A DNA stretch of 32,000 nt, taken from positions 106,504 through 138,503 of the forward strand of contig CAYJVY010000002.1 of NCBI GenBank assembly GCA_964373795.1, read 5' to 3'. The position numbers and the translations under genes are program-made. Position 1 is the stretch's first letter, and each line of letters begins with the position of its first letter. The notes beneath the pieces were generated by a model. It saw only the letters and a program-made list of their open reading frames with translations. It had not been told where the DNA came from and did not search any database. Positions 8,036-16,624 of the stretch are shown piece by piece. The DNA comes from an uncultured archaeon. Lineage in GTDB: Archaea > Iainarchaeota > Iainarchaeia > Iainarchaeales > DATDZZ01.

Positions 8036-9477
8036 GTTTCTAAAACCCTTGTTTCAACATCTCCACATAAAATTCCGCCATAACCTATTACTCCAAAAAA
8101 ACAATTAGCATAATAATTCAAACTGTAAACTTTGTTGAATGCAGGAACAAATTTATAGTTTGGAGATCTAAAAGCATCGTCTTCAAAGTTTAAAATTAAA
8201 AATTGTGCATTAGAGTCTTTTAAAAACATGTAATCGCTTGAATTTAAATCTTTTTTTTGCAAAAACTGTAATCCTTGCACTGAAAACTTGTCAGTGAAAG
8301 CCTCTAAAGGCAATCCAGTTAGAGTTTTATTTCCTAGATTAGAGTAAAGTCCTAAGCCTTCATTAAATGCTGGTTCAGCTAAAATCATTCCTTGAACGTT
8401 TTGAGATTCAAGCCAGTTAATTGCTCTTAAATCGTTTAAAGTGATTTTTGCAAAACTAGAAGTAAAATCAACATTTATTACAGAGAAAAATAAAAACAAT
8501 CCAAAAAAAACAATTAATCCAAAAAAAACCCAGAACTTGTTAAACAATTCATTTTTTTTAAACAATACAAGCAATGAAACTATTCCTACACTTAAAAATT
8601 TTGGTTGCTCCCAAGGTCTAAGCAATCCACTTAAAAAAAAAGCAATTGAAGCAAAAAAAGAAATCAATGAAAAAATAAACCAATAAATTTGAGTTCTAGT
8701 GCGCAAATCAAATAAAGATAAAATTATTAGAGGCAAAACGAAAACAATGATTTGAAAAGCCATTACAGGCAAGTAATTAGAAAAATTAATTGCAACAAAG
8801 TCTGCTCCAGAAATTGTTCCAACTGCATTTAATTTAACTCCATTAAATACAAAAAGCCATACAAGTAATAGAACTGCAAAAAAGGGAATGAAGGTTTTCC
8901 AAAACTTTTTTTCTTTAAAAAACGCAATTAAAAAAGGCAAGGAAAACATTATAAAAGCCAAGTAATTCCAAAACAAATTCAAGGAAAGCAAAAGAGAAGC
9001 AATTCTCCATTTATCTTTTAAAGCTAAAACTAAGATTAATGGAAAAACAAAGAAAACAAAAACTTCAGGGCTTTGAGAAGCAGCAGAAATAATTGTAGGC
9101 AAAAAAGTAATTAACAGAGCTCCAACTAGTGATTCAAGTACTCCAACAAATCTTCTAAACAAGAGAAAAAAAGTAACAGCATTTAAGGAACTTAAAAAAG
9201 GCAAGAAAAATAATGCCAAAAGCCAAGAAGAAAAACCTGTAAAAACACTCATTGAAGCAATAATTGAATGATAGAAAGGAGGATAAGTATAAGGAATTAA
9301 AGGATTATCTGGATCAAATTCAGGAATAAAACCTGTTACAGTAATGTTTTGTGCAAGTTTAATATGATAATTTGAATCATAATACAAAGGCATTTGAAAC
9401 ATTAAAATAGGAAGAAAGCGTAAAATAAGTGAAATAAAAAAAATCAATAACAAAATTAATTTTTCAGTTTTATTCAT
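8002..9477 (-). CDS. Polytopic membrane protein, GT-C-fold glycosyltransferase-like (ArnT/PMT-like)
   Basis: The 491-aa protein has more than 10 predicted TM helices. Its first loop is MPLYYDSNYHIKLAQN, and a soluble C-terminal domain of about 150 aa follows. No WWDYG motif is present, so I do not call it AglB. Confidence 0.45.
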   Translation of the reverse strand: MNKTEKLILLLIFFISLILRFLPILMFQMPLYYDSNYHIKLAQNITVTGFIPEFDPDNPLIPYTYPPFYHSIIASMSVFTGFSSWLLALFFLPFLSSLNAVTFFLLFRRFVGVLESLVGALLITFLPTIISAASQSPEVFVFFVFPLILVLALKDKWRIASLLLSLNLFWNYLAFIMFSLPFLIAFFKEKKFWKTFIPFFAVLLLVWLFVFNGVKLNAVGTISGADFVAINFSNYLPVMAFQIIVFVLPLIILSLFDLRTRTQIYWFIFSLISFFASIAFFLSGLLRPWEQPKFLSVGIVSLLVLFKKNELFNKFWVFFGLIVFFGLFLFFSVINVDFTSSFAKITLNDLRAINWLESQNVQGMILAEPAFNEGLGLYSNLGNKTLTGLPLEAFTDKFSVQGLQFLQKKDLNSSDYMFLKDSNAQFLILNFEDDAFRSPNYKFVPAFNKVYSLNYYANCFFGVIGYGGILCGDVETRVLETHSTNVQKYSE

Positions 9478-9600
9478 TCAATTCACTTAAGTCTTGATTC
9501 AATAATTTAGAGAAGAAAAGAATTAAATACTTCATTCAACTGAAAAAAGCAAAGCAAAAAATATTTAAAGAAGCGTTACACATTTAATTACAGGGAAACC

Positions 9601-10674
9601 ATGAAATTACTGCATTTAATTTTGTTTGCATTGCTTTTAAGTTCAATTGTTTCAGCAAATGAAATCAATGCTCCAAAAGAGGTTTCAACGCAAGCTAATT
9701 GGAATTTTTCAATTAAATTAGATCAAACAGATTCATTTGAAGAAACAAAAGTTTTCTTAGATGGAAAACATATTGTTTCAGCTTATTCAAATGCAGTTGT
9801 TCAATTAAATCCATTTAATGGATCGTTTGTTGAAAAAGCTTTTTTAGTTGACCAAGATCCTTCCTCAAATGGGGGGCTAACATTATATGTAAGTTATTTA
9901 GGATTAGCTGAAGGAAGACATAAATTAAAATCTGTTTCCTTGAAAGATGAAAAAGAATTAAATTTTGTAGAAAAAGAAATTATTGCATTCAAGCCAATTA
10001 ATTCAACTTTTGAAAATGAAACTCAAAACAAGTTAGATAATTTAAGTGAATCAGTTAATAAAACAAAAGACGAACTTGGAACAAGAGTTGATTCAACTAG
10101 TAAAAAAATTTCAGGAGTTGAAAGTCTTTTAAAAGATGTTGAATTGAAAACAAGCGAAATAGAAAAAGAAGCAAAAAAAGTTTCATCTATTCAAAACCAA
10201 TTAAATTATTTAACAAGCGAATTAAGCAATGTAAAAAAAGAAAACGAAAATTTAAAAAAAGAAGTTAATTCATTAAAAGAAAACAATCAAAACCCTGTGG
10301 AAAAAGTTATTTCAGCAGTAAACAAAGTAATTAATCCTGGCTCTCAAACACCTCCAACAGCCCAAGTAACAAGCGAATCATTTCCAGTTAATGGATTATT
10401 TATTCCAGTTCTAGCATTAATTGTCGTAGTAGTATTATTATTTGCAATAATTAATCAAGAAAGAATAAATGATTTTTCCAAAAATCTTTTCCAAAAAAAG
10501 TCAAATGATTTATATGGAGAAGACTTGTACACTAATGAAAAAAGCGAAGAAGAAGTGCCTGTAAAAAAAGGAAAATGGGCAGCGGATAAAGAACCTGTTT
10601 TTTCAGATGCAACTAAAGAAAAAGAAAGGAAAAAATTCTTTTTCAGTGCATTAATTAAAAAAGATAAAAAATAA
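9601..10674 (+). CDS. Secreted, membrane-anchored surface protein (coiled coil, N-glycosylation sequon cluster)
   Basis: The signal peptide is MKLLHLILFALLLSSIVSANE. Sequons include NFS, NGS, NST, NET, NLS and NKT, with four of them within INSTFENETQNKLDNLSESVNKT. A coiled-coil region follows, then a TM helix (LFIPVLALIVVVVLLFAII) and a Lys-rich cytoplasmic tail. Confidence 0.6.
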   Translation: MKLLHLILFALLLSSIVSANEINAPKEVSTQANWNFSIKLDQTDSFEETKVFLDGKHIVSAYSNAVVQLNPFNGSFVEKAFLVDQDPSSNGGLTLYVSYLGLAEGRHKLKSVSLKDEKELNFVEKEIIAFKPINSTFENETQNKLDNLSESVNKTKDELGTRVDSTSKKISGVESLLKDVELKTSEIEKEAKKVSSIQNQLNYLTSELSNVKKENENLKKEVNSLKENNQNPVEKVISAVNKVINPGSQTPPTAQVTSESFPVNGLFIPVLALIVVVVLLFAIINQERINDFSKNLFQKKSNDLYGEDLYTNEKSEEEVPVKKGKWAADKEPVFSDATKEKERKKFFFSALIKKDKK

Positions 10675-10697
10675 GTTTTGAAAACCTTTTTCTACAA

Positions 10698-10780
10698 ATG
10701 CAGGAGACAGGAATCGAACCTGCTAAGGCACTAAGCCAACAGCTCCTAAAGCTGCCCCGTTATCCAATTCGGTACTCCTG
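10698..10780 (-). tRNA. tRNA-Leu (anticodon UAG), class II with long variable arm, no encoded CCA
   Basis: The reverse complement folds by hand. The acceptor stem GCAGGAG/CTCCTGC is perfect. The anticodon stem is GCAGC/GCTGT with loop TTTAGGA (anticodon TAG, G37). The variable arm is GGC-TTAGT-GCC. The T arm is GCAGG-TTCGATT-CCTGT, and the discriminator is A. Confidence 0.9.
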
Positions 10781-10802
10781 CAAAAGAAAACCAACACCAT
10801 TG

Positions 10803-10815
10803 TATTTTATATTAA
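10803..10815 (-). promoter_or_regulatory. TATA-like box for tRNA-Leu
   Basis: On the minus strand the sequence reads TTAATATAAAATA. It is centred about 29 nt upstream of the tRNA 5-prime end, which is typical archaeal spacing. Confidence 0.4.
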
Positions 10816-10849
10816 AACTAAAACCGTAATAACATCTAGTATATATTTT

Positions 10850-11133
10850 ATTTATCCACTCATCTTTTTTAACCTTTATACCACAATCCTCAAGCAAACC
10901 TGACACTTGATCTCTAAACAAAACAGATGCTGTTGTCAAACCAAGACCTTCACTTCTTTTTCCGCCATCAGAGTCAAAAACTCCTTTTAAAAAAGCTTTT
11001 TTTATTGCAAGTGAAGAGTTTCTAACAATTTTTGGAACTATAATTATATCGGATTTTTTACCCTGGGAATTTCAAAAAATTTATTAAAAAATTCTTCATT
11101 ATTCGAATGTAATTTTACTAAATCAAATGTCAT
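10850..11133 (-). pseudogene. Frameshifted remnant of a LAGLIDADG homing endonuclease (C-terminal half)
   Basis: My hand translation gives MTFDLVKLHSNNEEFFNKFFEIPRVKNPI*, with the stop at 11044-11046. In another frame, starting at 11071, it continues ...GKKSDIIIVPKIVRNSSLAIKKAFLKGVFDSDGGKRSEGLGLTTASVLFRDQVSGLLEDCGIKVKK. The motif FLKGVFDSDG lies within 10961-10996. The architecture parallels the second half of the intein endonuclease at 1850-2040. The frame has no start codon and stays open into the tRNA as far as 10759. Confidence 0.45.
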
Positions 11134-11195
11134 GCCAAAGTAAACATGTTTTTATTTAAGTTGCTTTTGAAAGTAAATTTCCTCTGAAACAAAAA

Positions 11196-11765
11196 TTATT
11201 TGTGCTTGGCAAGCAAGAAATCAGCTAATTTGTCGAATGCTTTTTGTCTGTGACTGATTTCAGATTGTTCTTTTAATGAAATATCCACTAAAGGCTTGTT
11301 CATGCCACCAGGAATAAAGAGGTTATTGTAGGGATAAAATTTTGAAAACTTTTCCATGGATAAAACTTTTTCTGAAATCATTCCATGTAACTCGCCTGCA
11401 AAAGAATGAAATTTTTTTCCATTCTCGGTATAACAACAAACTGCTTTTGCATATGCATCCCTTTTTTTGCCTTCAAGTAATTTAAGAATTCCTTCATAAC
11501 CTAAACAACCAAAAACCCATTTAGGTCTTACGCCAGGAAAATTCTTGAAAGCATTAAAAAACCATCCAGTATCATCTACAACTAAAGGTTTTTTTAGTTG
11601 TTGAAATGCGTGCAAGGCTTTGTAATTAGCTATTTCTTCTAAAGAATCAAAATCAGGTTCAATTAGTGAAAGTTTTTCTTGAACAACTGAAATTCCATGT
11701 CTGCCAAGAATGTGTTGCACTTCTTCAAACTTTGCGTTATTCGTTGTAACAAAAATTAATTCCAT
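11196..11765 (-). CDS. rdgB: Non-canonical purine NTP pyrophosphatase (HAM1/RdgB/ITPase family)
   Basis: Family motifs are ELIFVTTNNAKFEE, PLVVDDTGWFF...FPG and a C-terminal ISHRQKAF. The 189-aa size is typical. Confidence 0.8.
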   Translation of the reverse strand: MELIFVTTNNAKFEEVQHILGRHGISVVQEKLSLIEPDFDSLEEIANYKALHAFQQLKKPLVVDDTGWFFNAFKNFPGVRPKWVFGCLGYEGILKLLEGKKRDAYAKAVCCYTENGKKFHSFAGELHGMISEKVLSMEKFSKFYPYNNLFIPGGMNKPLVDISLKEQSEISHRQKAFDKLADFLLAKHK

Positions 11766-11839
11766 TTAGATCACAGATAAATAAAAAAGAAAAGAAAAAG
11801 AATAAAAAATTAAGGAAACCAAAAATACTTCACTTTAAT

Positions 11840-12328
11840 TTAATTAGTCAAAATTGAAGCATTTTTTGTGCGAGGAAACTTTAATCCTCTCTTTACAATA
11901 CTCACTTGTTTTTCTTTTATGTTAAAAGTGTTTCCAATTATTTGAATTGTTTTATTGACGTCAAATTCTTTGCAGGAAAAAACGTCAAGGAAAATAATTC
12001 CTTGTTCAGGATAGGTGTGAACAGATATATGGCTTTCAGCAATTATCACTATTCCAGTAATTCCCCATTCATTTGGAATTTTCCCCCAATTATATTTGAT
12101 TACATATGGAGGAATTAGTTTAGTCATTCCAATTTGTGCAGGCAAATCAGTTAAAAATTTGTGAATCAATTCAAAATCAACTAATTTTTTTTTATCACAA
12201 TTATAGCCATCAATTGTTAAATGTGGGCCATACCCACAAGGTGGCTCCAAATCATTAGAAATAAATTCTACTGCATAAGTAGACCTGTTTTTAGTTTTAG
12301 TTATAGTTCTTCCATTCATGAAATACAT
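11840..12328 (-). CDS. speH: S-adenosylmethionine decarboxylase proenzyme (pyruvoyl-dependent, SpeH type)
   Basis: The matching sequence is GPHLTIDGYNCD...IIAESHISVHTYPE...FLDVFSCKEFD. The Glu-Ser self-cleavage site lies in ESHIS. The start may be the ATG at 12319. Confidence 0.85.
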   Translation of the reverse strand: MYFMNGRTITKTKNRSTYAVEFISNDLEPPCGYGPHLTIDGYNCDKKKLVDFELIHKFLTDLPAQIGMTKLIPPYVIKYNWGKIPNEWGITGIVIIAESHISVHTYPEQGIIFLDVFSCKEFDVNKTIQIIGNTFNIKEKQVSIVKRGLKFPRTKNASILTN

Positions 12329-12398
12329 CTTTCTCCTTTTACAAATTTTTGAAAAAATTTGTTTAATAAATATATTAGATATGTTTTTGTTTAAAAAC

Positions 12399-12429
12399 TT
12401 TTTGTTAAAATTTTAAATTTTAACAAAAA
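12399..12429. repeat. 31-nt perfect AT-rich palindrome between the Nudix and speH genes
   Basis: TTTTTGTTAAAATTT-T-AAATTTTAACAAAAA has 15-nt arms around centre 12414, which I checked base by base. It lies downstream of the Nudix stop and upstream of the speH start. Confidence 0.6.
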
Positions 12430-12439
12430 AAATAAGTTT

Positions 12440-12925
12440 TCAAGAAAATTTTTTCTTAAACGTATTTAAATCTAGTTCAGTTACTATTGAAAGAGGTTGC
12501 GGTAAAGCATTTAATTTAAACCAACCAATTTCAGAACACTTTAATGGTTCTAAAATTTTTGGTTGCCCGCTTTTTAGTTTTGCAAGAAAAGTTGTTGCAA
12601 CCCAATGCTGTTTTTCTTCTGAAATAATGTGATTTGCAACATGCAAAACTTTTTCCAAAGAAATTTCAATTCCATATTCTTCTCTGAATTCCCTTTTACA
12701 TGCTTCTTCAAGCGATTCATTGAAGTGAACTGCTCCACCTGGAAACTCCCATTTTCCTTTTTCATTTTTTGCTTTTTCTCCGCGTTTTGAGAGAAACACT
12801 TCACCTTTTTCATTGAATAAAACTGCTCCTACCGATACTCCAATAAAATCTTTTCCTGCTCTTCTATGCATTAAAAACCTCTTTAAATAATAATTCAAAT
12901 GATTATTTAACTGATAATTATTCAA
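12440..12925 (-). CDS. NUDIX hydrolase
   Basis: The Nudix box is GKWEFPGGAVHFNESLEEACKREFREEYGIE (G-x5-E-x7-REUxEExGU). The biologically likely start is M19 (MHRRAGKDF, about 12871). The longer form overlaps the DUF5615 stop by 8 nt. Confidence 0.85.
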   Translation of the reverse strand: MNNYQLNNHLNYYLKRFLMHRRAGKDFIGVSVGAVLFNEKGEVFLSKRGEKAKNEKGKWEFPGGAVHFNESLEEACKREFREEYGIEISLEKVLHVANHIISEEKQHWVATTFLAKLKSGQPKILEPLKCSEIGWFKLNALPQPLSIVTELDLNTFKKKFS

Positions 12926-13280
12926 ATTTTCTTACCCTGTAACTACCTAATTTGACAATCGATAAAGAGTTTGATAAATTCTCTAAACCAACTATTGTAA
13001 TAAAATCTTTTAACACTTGTGTGACAGAGTTAGCTTTGAAGTCATGAGGAAGACGCAAAACAATAATGCCGTAATGAGATTTTGGAGGAAATAGCACAGG
13101 ATTTCCAAATTCCAAGTCTTTTGTAACAAGAATGCTTTTTGTCTTAATTGCATGACGTATAATTTCTTTGTCTTCTGCTCTGCCTAGCCCAATATCTCTT
13201 GCATGCCCTGCTTCTAATTTGAGTTCTCTAAATAGTTCAAGAACTGAATAGGGAATGTTTGCATCAAGAAAGAATTTCAT
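12918..13280 (-). CDS. DUF5615-family PIN-like toxin
   Basis: The sequence MKFFLDANIPYSVLELFRE...GHARDIGLGRAEDKEIIRHAIKTKSILVTKDLEF matches the MKFLLDANLP...D.eI...A....lvT.D.DF pattern. It overlaps the upstream DUF433 gene by 4 nt. Confidence 0.7.
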   Translation of the reverse strand: MKFFLDANIPYSVLELFRELKLEAGHARDIGLGRAEDKEIIRHAIKTKSILVTKDLEFGNPVLFPPKSHYGIIVLRLPHDFKANSVTQVLKDFITIVGLENLSNSLSIVKLGSYRVRKFE

Positions 13281-13531
13281 CCTTTAACCTTCAACGTTCC
13301 AACAAGTTCCTCGGAAACTATTTCAGTAGCATATTTGAGTACGGCTAGTATGCCTTCTTTTTTTATGCCGTATTCTTTTTCAACCTCTTGAAAGTTCATA
13401 CCACTAGCCAAGGCACCTAAAACCTCGTCAACGGTTACCCTGGTTCCTTTAATTACAGGTTTTCCAAATCTTACTTTCTTGTCAACAACAATTGTCTTCA
13501 GCAAATCCTTCTTCATAAAATAACTCCTCAC
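13277..13531 (-). CDS. DUF433-family antitoxin-like protein
   Basis: The sequence RFGKPVIKGTRVTVDEVLGALASGMNFQEVEKEYGIKKEGILAVLKYA matches the DUF433 core (gkP.i.GTRi.V..il..l..G.s.eei). The start may be M6 at 13516. Confidence 0.7.
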   Translation of the reverse strand: MRSYFMKKDLLKTIVVDKKVRFGKPVIKGTRVTVDEVLGALASGMNFQEVEKEYGIKKEGILAVLKYATEIVSEELVGTLKVKG

Positions 13532-13680
13532 TTCTAATATTTAAACATTCTCTTAAAAAAAATTCATGACTAAATTTCATATAGAACAAAATCTTTTCCT
13601 GGAAGCATTTTTTCATTCACAAAAACTTTTTGCAGCGTAAAAAATATAAACAAGTTTGAGCTTTATATTCAAGGGAGTTA

Positions 13681-15186
13681 ATGGGAGAATTGGAAGCACT
13701 AACAAAAGAAAAAAAAATTGAATCTATTTCTATTCTTGAAAAACTTGAACAGCAACTTAATTTGGCTTTAACTTTTGATGACGTATTGCTTGTTCCAAAA
13801 AAATCCGTAGTGTTTTCACGGAAAGACACTGATATTAGTTCAAGGCTTTCAAAAAATATTTCTTTAACAATGCCAATAATTGCAGCAAACATGGATACTG
13901 TTTGCGAGAGTCAAATGGCTATTGCAATGGCTCAAGAAGGCGGAATAGGATTTATTCATAGATTTATGAGCATTGAACAACAAGTTGAAGAAGTATTAAA
14001 AGTTAAAAGAGCTGAAAGTTATTTAATTGAAGATCCAATAACTATTAGTCAAACTGCTTTATTGAAGGACGCATTTAAAGTCATGGAGAAAAATAGTGTT
14101 TCAAGTTTACTTGTTTTAAATCCTAGAGAAAAGCTTGTCGGAATTTTAACTCATAGAGATGTAATGTTTGAAGACGATTATTCAAAGCCTGTAACAGAGG
14201 TAATGACTAAAGAAAATGAATTAATTACTGCGCCAGTAGGAACAACTATTGATGAAGCAAAAAAAATTCTGCAAAAACATAAAATTGAAAAACTTCCTTT
14301 AGTGGATGAAGAAGGAATAATTAAAGGATTAATTACTGCTAAAGACATTTTTAAGAAAACTTCTTTTCCTTGGAGTTCAACTGACAAGAAAGGAAAATTA
14401 AGGGTTGCAGCAGCAATTGGAGTAAAACACGATTTTTTAGAACGCGCAGAAAAATTATTGCATGTAGGAGTAGATGCATTAGTAGTGGATATTGCTCACG
14501 GACACTCTGTTTTAGCTTTAAAAGCTATTAGAGAAATTAGAGACAAATTAGGAGATGTAGAATTAATTGCTGGAAACATTGCAACAGAAGAAGGAGCAAA
14601 AGAATTAATTGAAGCAGGAGTAGATGCAGTGAAATGCGGTGTTGGCCCTGGAAGTACTTGCACTACAAGAATTGTAACAGGTTGTGGAATGCCACAATTA
14701 ACTGCAATTAAAAACGTGGTTAAAGGCGCTTCAAAATACGATATTCCAGTAATAGCTGATGGGGGAATAAAGGCTTCAGGAGACATTACAAAGGCTCTTG
14801 CATTAGGGGCTTCAACTGTAATGATTGGAGGATTGTTTGCTGGAACAGATGAAAGCCCTGGAATTCCAATTGTAAGAAACAACGCTAAATACAAGATTTG
14901 CAGGGGAATGGCTTCTTTTACTGCTTCAATTGATAGAAGACAAAACGAAAAAGTTAGTGGAAGAGACTCAAATTTAAGTGAAGTTGTTCCGGAAGGCGTT
15001 GAAGCAATAGTTCCCTACAGAGGAAGCGTTAAAGACATCTTAAAACAATTAGTTGGAGGACTTAGATCAGGAATAAGTTATTGCGGGGCAACAAATTTAT
15101 TTGAATTAAAGCAAAACGCTGAATTTGTTTTCATTACAAATTCTGGAATGATTGAATCAAAATCTCACGATAATCAACAAATCTAG
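13681..15186 (+). CDS. guaB: Inosine-5-prime-monophosphate dehydrogenase with a CBS pair
   Basis: Motifs are ALTFDDVLLVP, IIAANMDTV, the catalytic loop GVGPGSTCTTR, VIADGGI and GGLFAGTDESPG. An inserted CBS-type region (roughly residues 115-235) is also present. Confidence 0.95.
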   Translation: MGELEALTKEKKIESISILEKLEQQLNLALTFDDVLLVPKKSVVFSRKDTDISSRLSKNISLTMPIIAANMDTVCESQMAIAMAQEGGIGFIHRFMSIEQQVEEVLKVKRAESYLIEDPITISQTALLKDAFKVMEKNSVSSLLVLNPREKLVGILTHRDVMFEDDYSKPVTEVMTKENELITAPVGTTIDEAKKILQKHKIEKLPLVDEEGIIKGLITAKDIFKKTSFPWSSTDKKGKLRVAAAIGVKHDFLERAEKLLHVGVDALVVDIAHGHSVLALKAIREIRDKLGDVELIAGNIATEEGAKELIEAGVDAVKCGVGPGSTCTTRIVTGCGMPQLTAIKNVVKGASKYDIPVIADGGIKASGDITKALALGASTVMIGGLFAGTDESPGIPIVRNNAKYKICRGMASFTASIDRRQNEKVSGRDSNLSEVVPEGVEAIVPYRGSVKDILKQLVGGLRSGISYCGATNLFELKQNAEFVFITNSGMIESKSHDNQQI

Positions 15187-15265
15187 TTTTGGCATGCAGA
15201 CATAATAATCTTTAAATAGTTTTTCTTTCTCTTTCATATAAATAATTTTCTTTTTGGGAAAAAAT

Positions 15266-16558
15266 ATGAGTCAAGAATTTGATGTAATAATTGTAGGCGG
15301 AGGGCCTGGGGGCTCGAGTTCTGCAGCATTTTTATCAAAAAAAGGTTTCAAGGTTTTATTGCTTGAAAAAGCCAAGTTTCCAAGAGACAAGACTTGTGGA
15401 GATGCTATTTCTGGGAAAAGCACTTCACTGTTAAGAGCATTGGGAATTCAAGAACAAATTTATGAAAAACCTCATGCAGAAATTCATGGAGTAACTTTTT
15501 CTTCTCCAAGCGGAGCAGTAGTTGACATTACATTTGATACAGCTAAAGGGCAAAGAAAGGGAACAGGATTTGTTTGCAGAAGATATGTATACGATAATAT
15601 GTTGTTTGAAAACGCTAAAAAACAAGAAAATGTTACAGTTAAAGAACAATTTATGGTTACAGATTTAATTCAAGAAAAAGGCTTTGTGAAAGGAGTTAAA
15701 GGAATGAATTTGATTTCAAAAAAGCTTTTTGAATTCAAAGCAAAAATGGTTATAGGAGCAGACGGAGCAACTTCAATTATTGCAACAAAACTTGGATTAA
15801 ATAAAATTGATCCATTGCATCAAGTAATTGCAATTCGCGCTTATTACAATGGAATAGCTGACATGAAAGACAATATTGAAATTCATTTCATTGAAGATGT
15901 AATGCCAGGATATTTTTGGATTTTTCCATTAGAAAAAGGTTTAGCAAATGTAGGAGTTGGAATGATTACTAAAGACGTGAAAGAACGAAGCACTAATTTA
16001 GAGAAATCAATGTTTAAAGCAATTCAAGAAAACCCTTTATTTATTGACAGATTTAAAAACGCAAAACTATTAGGAGAAGTAGAAAAATGGAGTACTCCAC
16101 TAGAACAACATGATTTAAATGTTCAAGGCGGAAACAATGTAAAAGGATGGACTCTTCCATTGGGTTCAACTAAAAGAAAATGTTATGGAAACGGATTTAT
16201 TTTAGTTGGAGATGCAGCTTCATTAATTGATCCTTTTTCAGGAGAAGGAATTGGAAATGCAATGCTTTCAGCAAAAATTGGCGCAGAAGTAATTGAAAAA
16301 GCCTTCATTAAAAACGATTTCAGTGAAGAATTCTTTAAACAATACTCTGAAATTTTGTGGGCAGAGATTGGCCCAGAATTAAAAACCAGTTACTTGCTTC
16401 AAAAAATTGGAAGAATCAAACCATTACTAAACCTTGTAATAGGAAAAGCAGCTAAATCAAAAGAAATCAAAGAAACTCTTTCAGGAATGCTGGCAAATGA
16501 AAACGCAAAAAAAGCCTTTGTTTCTCCAATGTTTTACTTAAAACTACTTTTCGCTTAA
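15266..16558 (+). CDS. Geranylgeranyl reductase family flavoprotein (digeranylgeranylglycerophospholipid reductase-like)
   Basis: The FAD fold is FDVIIVGGGPGGSSSAAFLSKKGFKVLLLEK. Other motifs are RDKTCGDAIS and LVGDAASLIDPFSGEGI. I chose the ATG at 15266 over the TTG at 15254 used by the track. Confidence 0.85.
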   Translation: MSQEFDVIIVGGGPGGSSSAAFLSKKGFKVLLLEKAKFPRDKTCGDAISGKSTSLLRALGIQEQIYEKPHAEIHGVTFSSPSGAVVDITFDTAKGQRKGTGFVCRRYVYDNMLFENAKKQENVTVKEQFMVTDLIQEKGFVKGVKGMNLISKKLFEFKAKMVIGADGATSIIATKLGLNKIDPLHQVIAIRAYYNGIADMKDNIEIHFIEDVMPGYFWIFPLEKGLANVGVGMITKDVKERSTNLEKSMFKAIQENPLFIDRFKNAKLLGEVEKWSTPLEQHDLNVQGGNNVKGWTLPLGSTKRKCYGNGFILVGDAASLIDPFSGEGIGNAMLSAKIGAEVIEKAFIKNDFSEEFFKQYSEILWAEIGPELKTSYLLQKIGRIKPLLNLVIGKAAKSKEIKETLSGMLANENAKKAFVSPMFYLKLLFA

Positions 16559-16624
16559 CTAAAAATTCACAGTAAAGAATTAATAATTCTTAAAGCAAAT
16601 AAGTTTATGATTTCATTAATTTAT

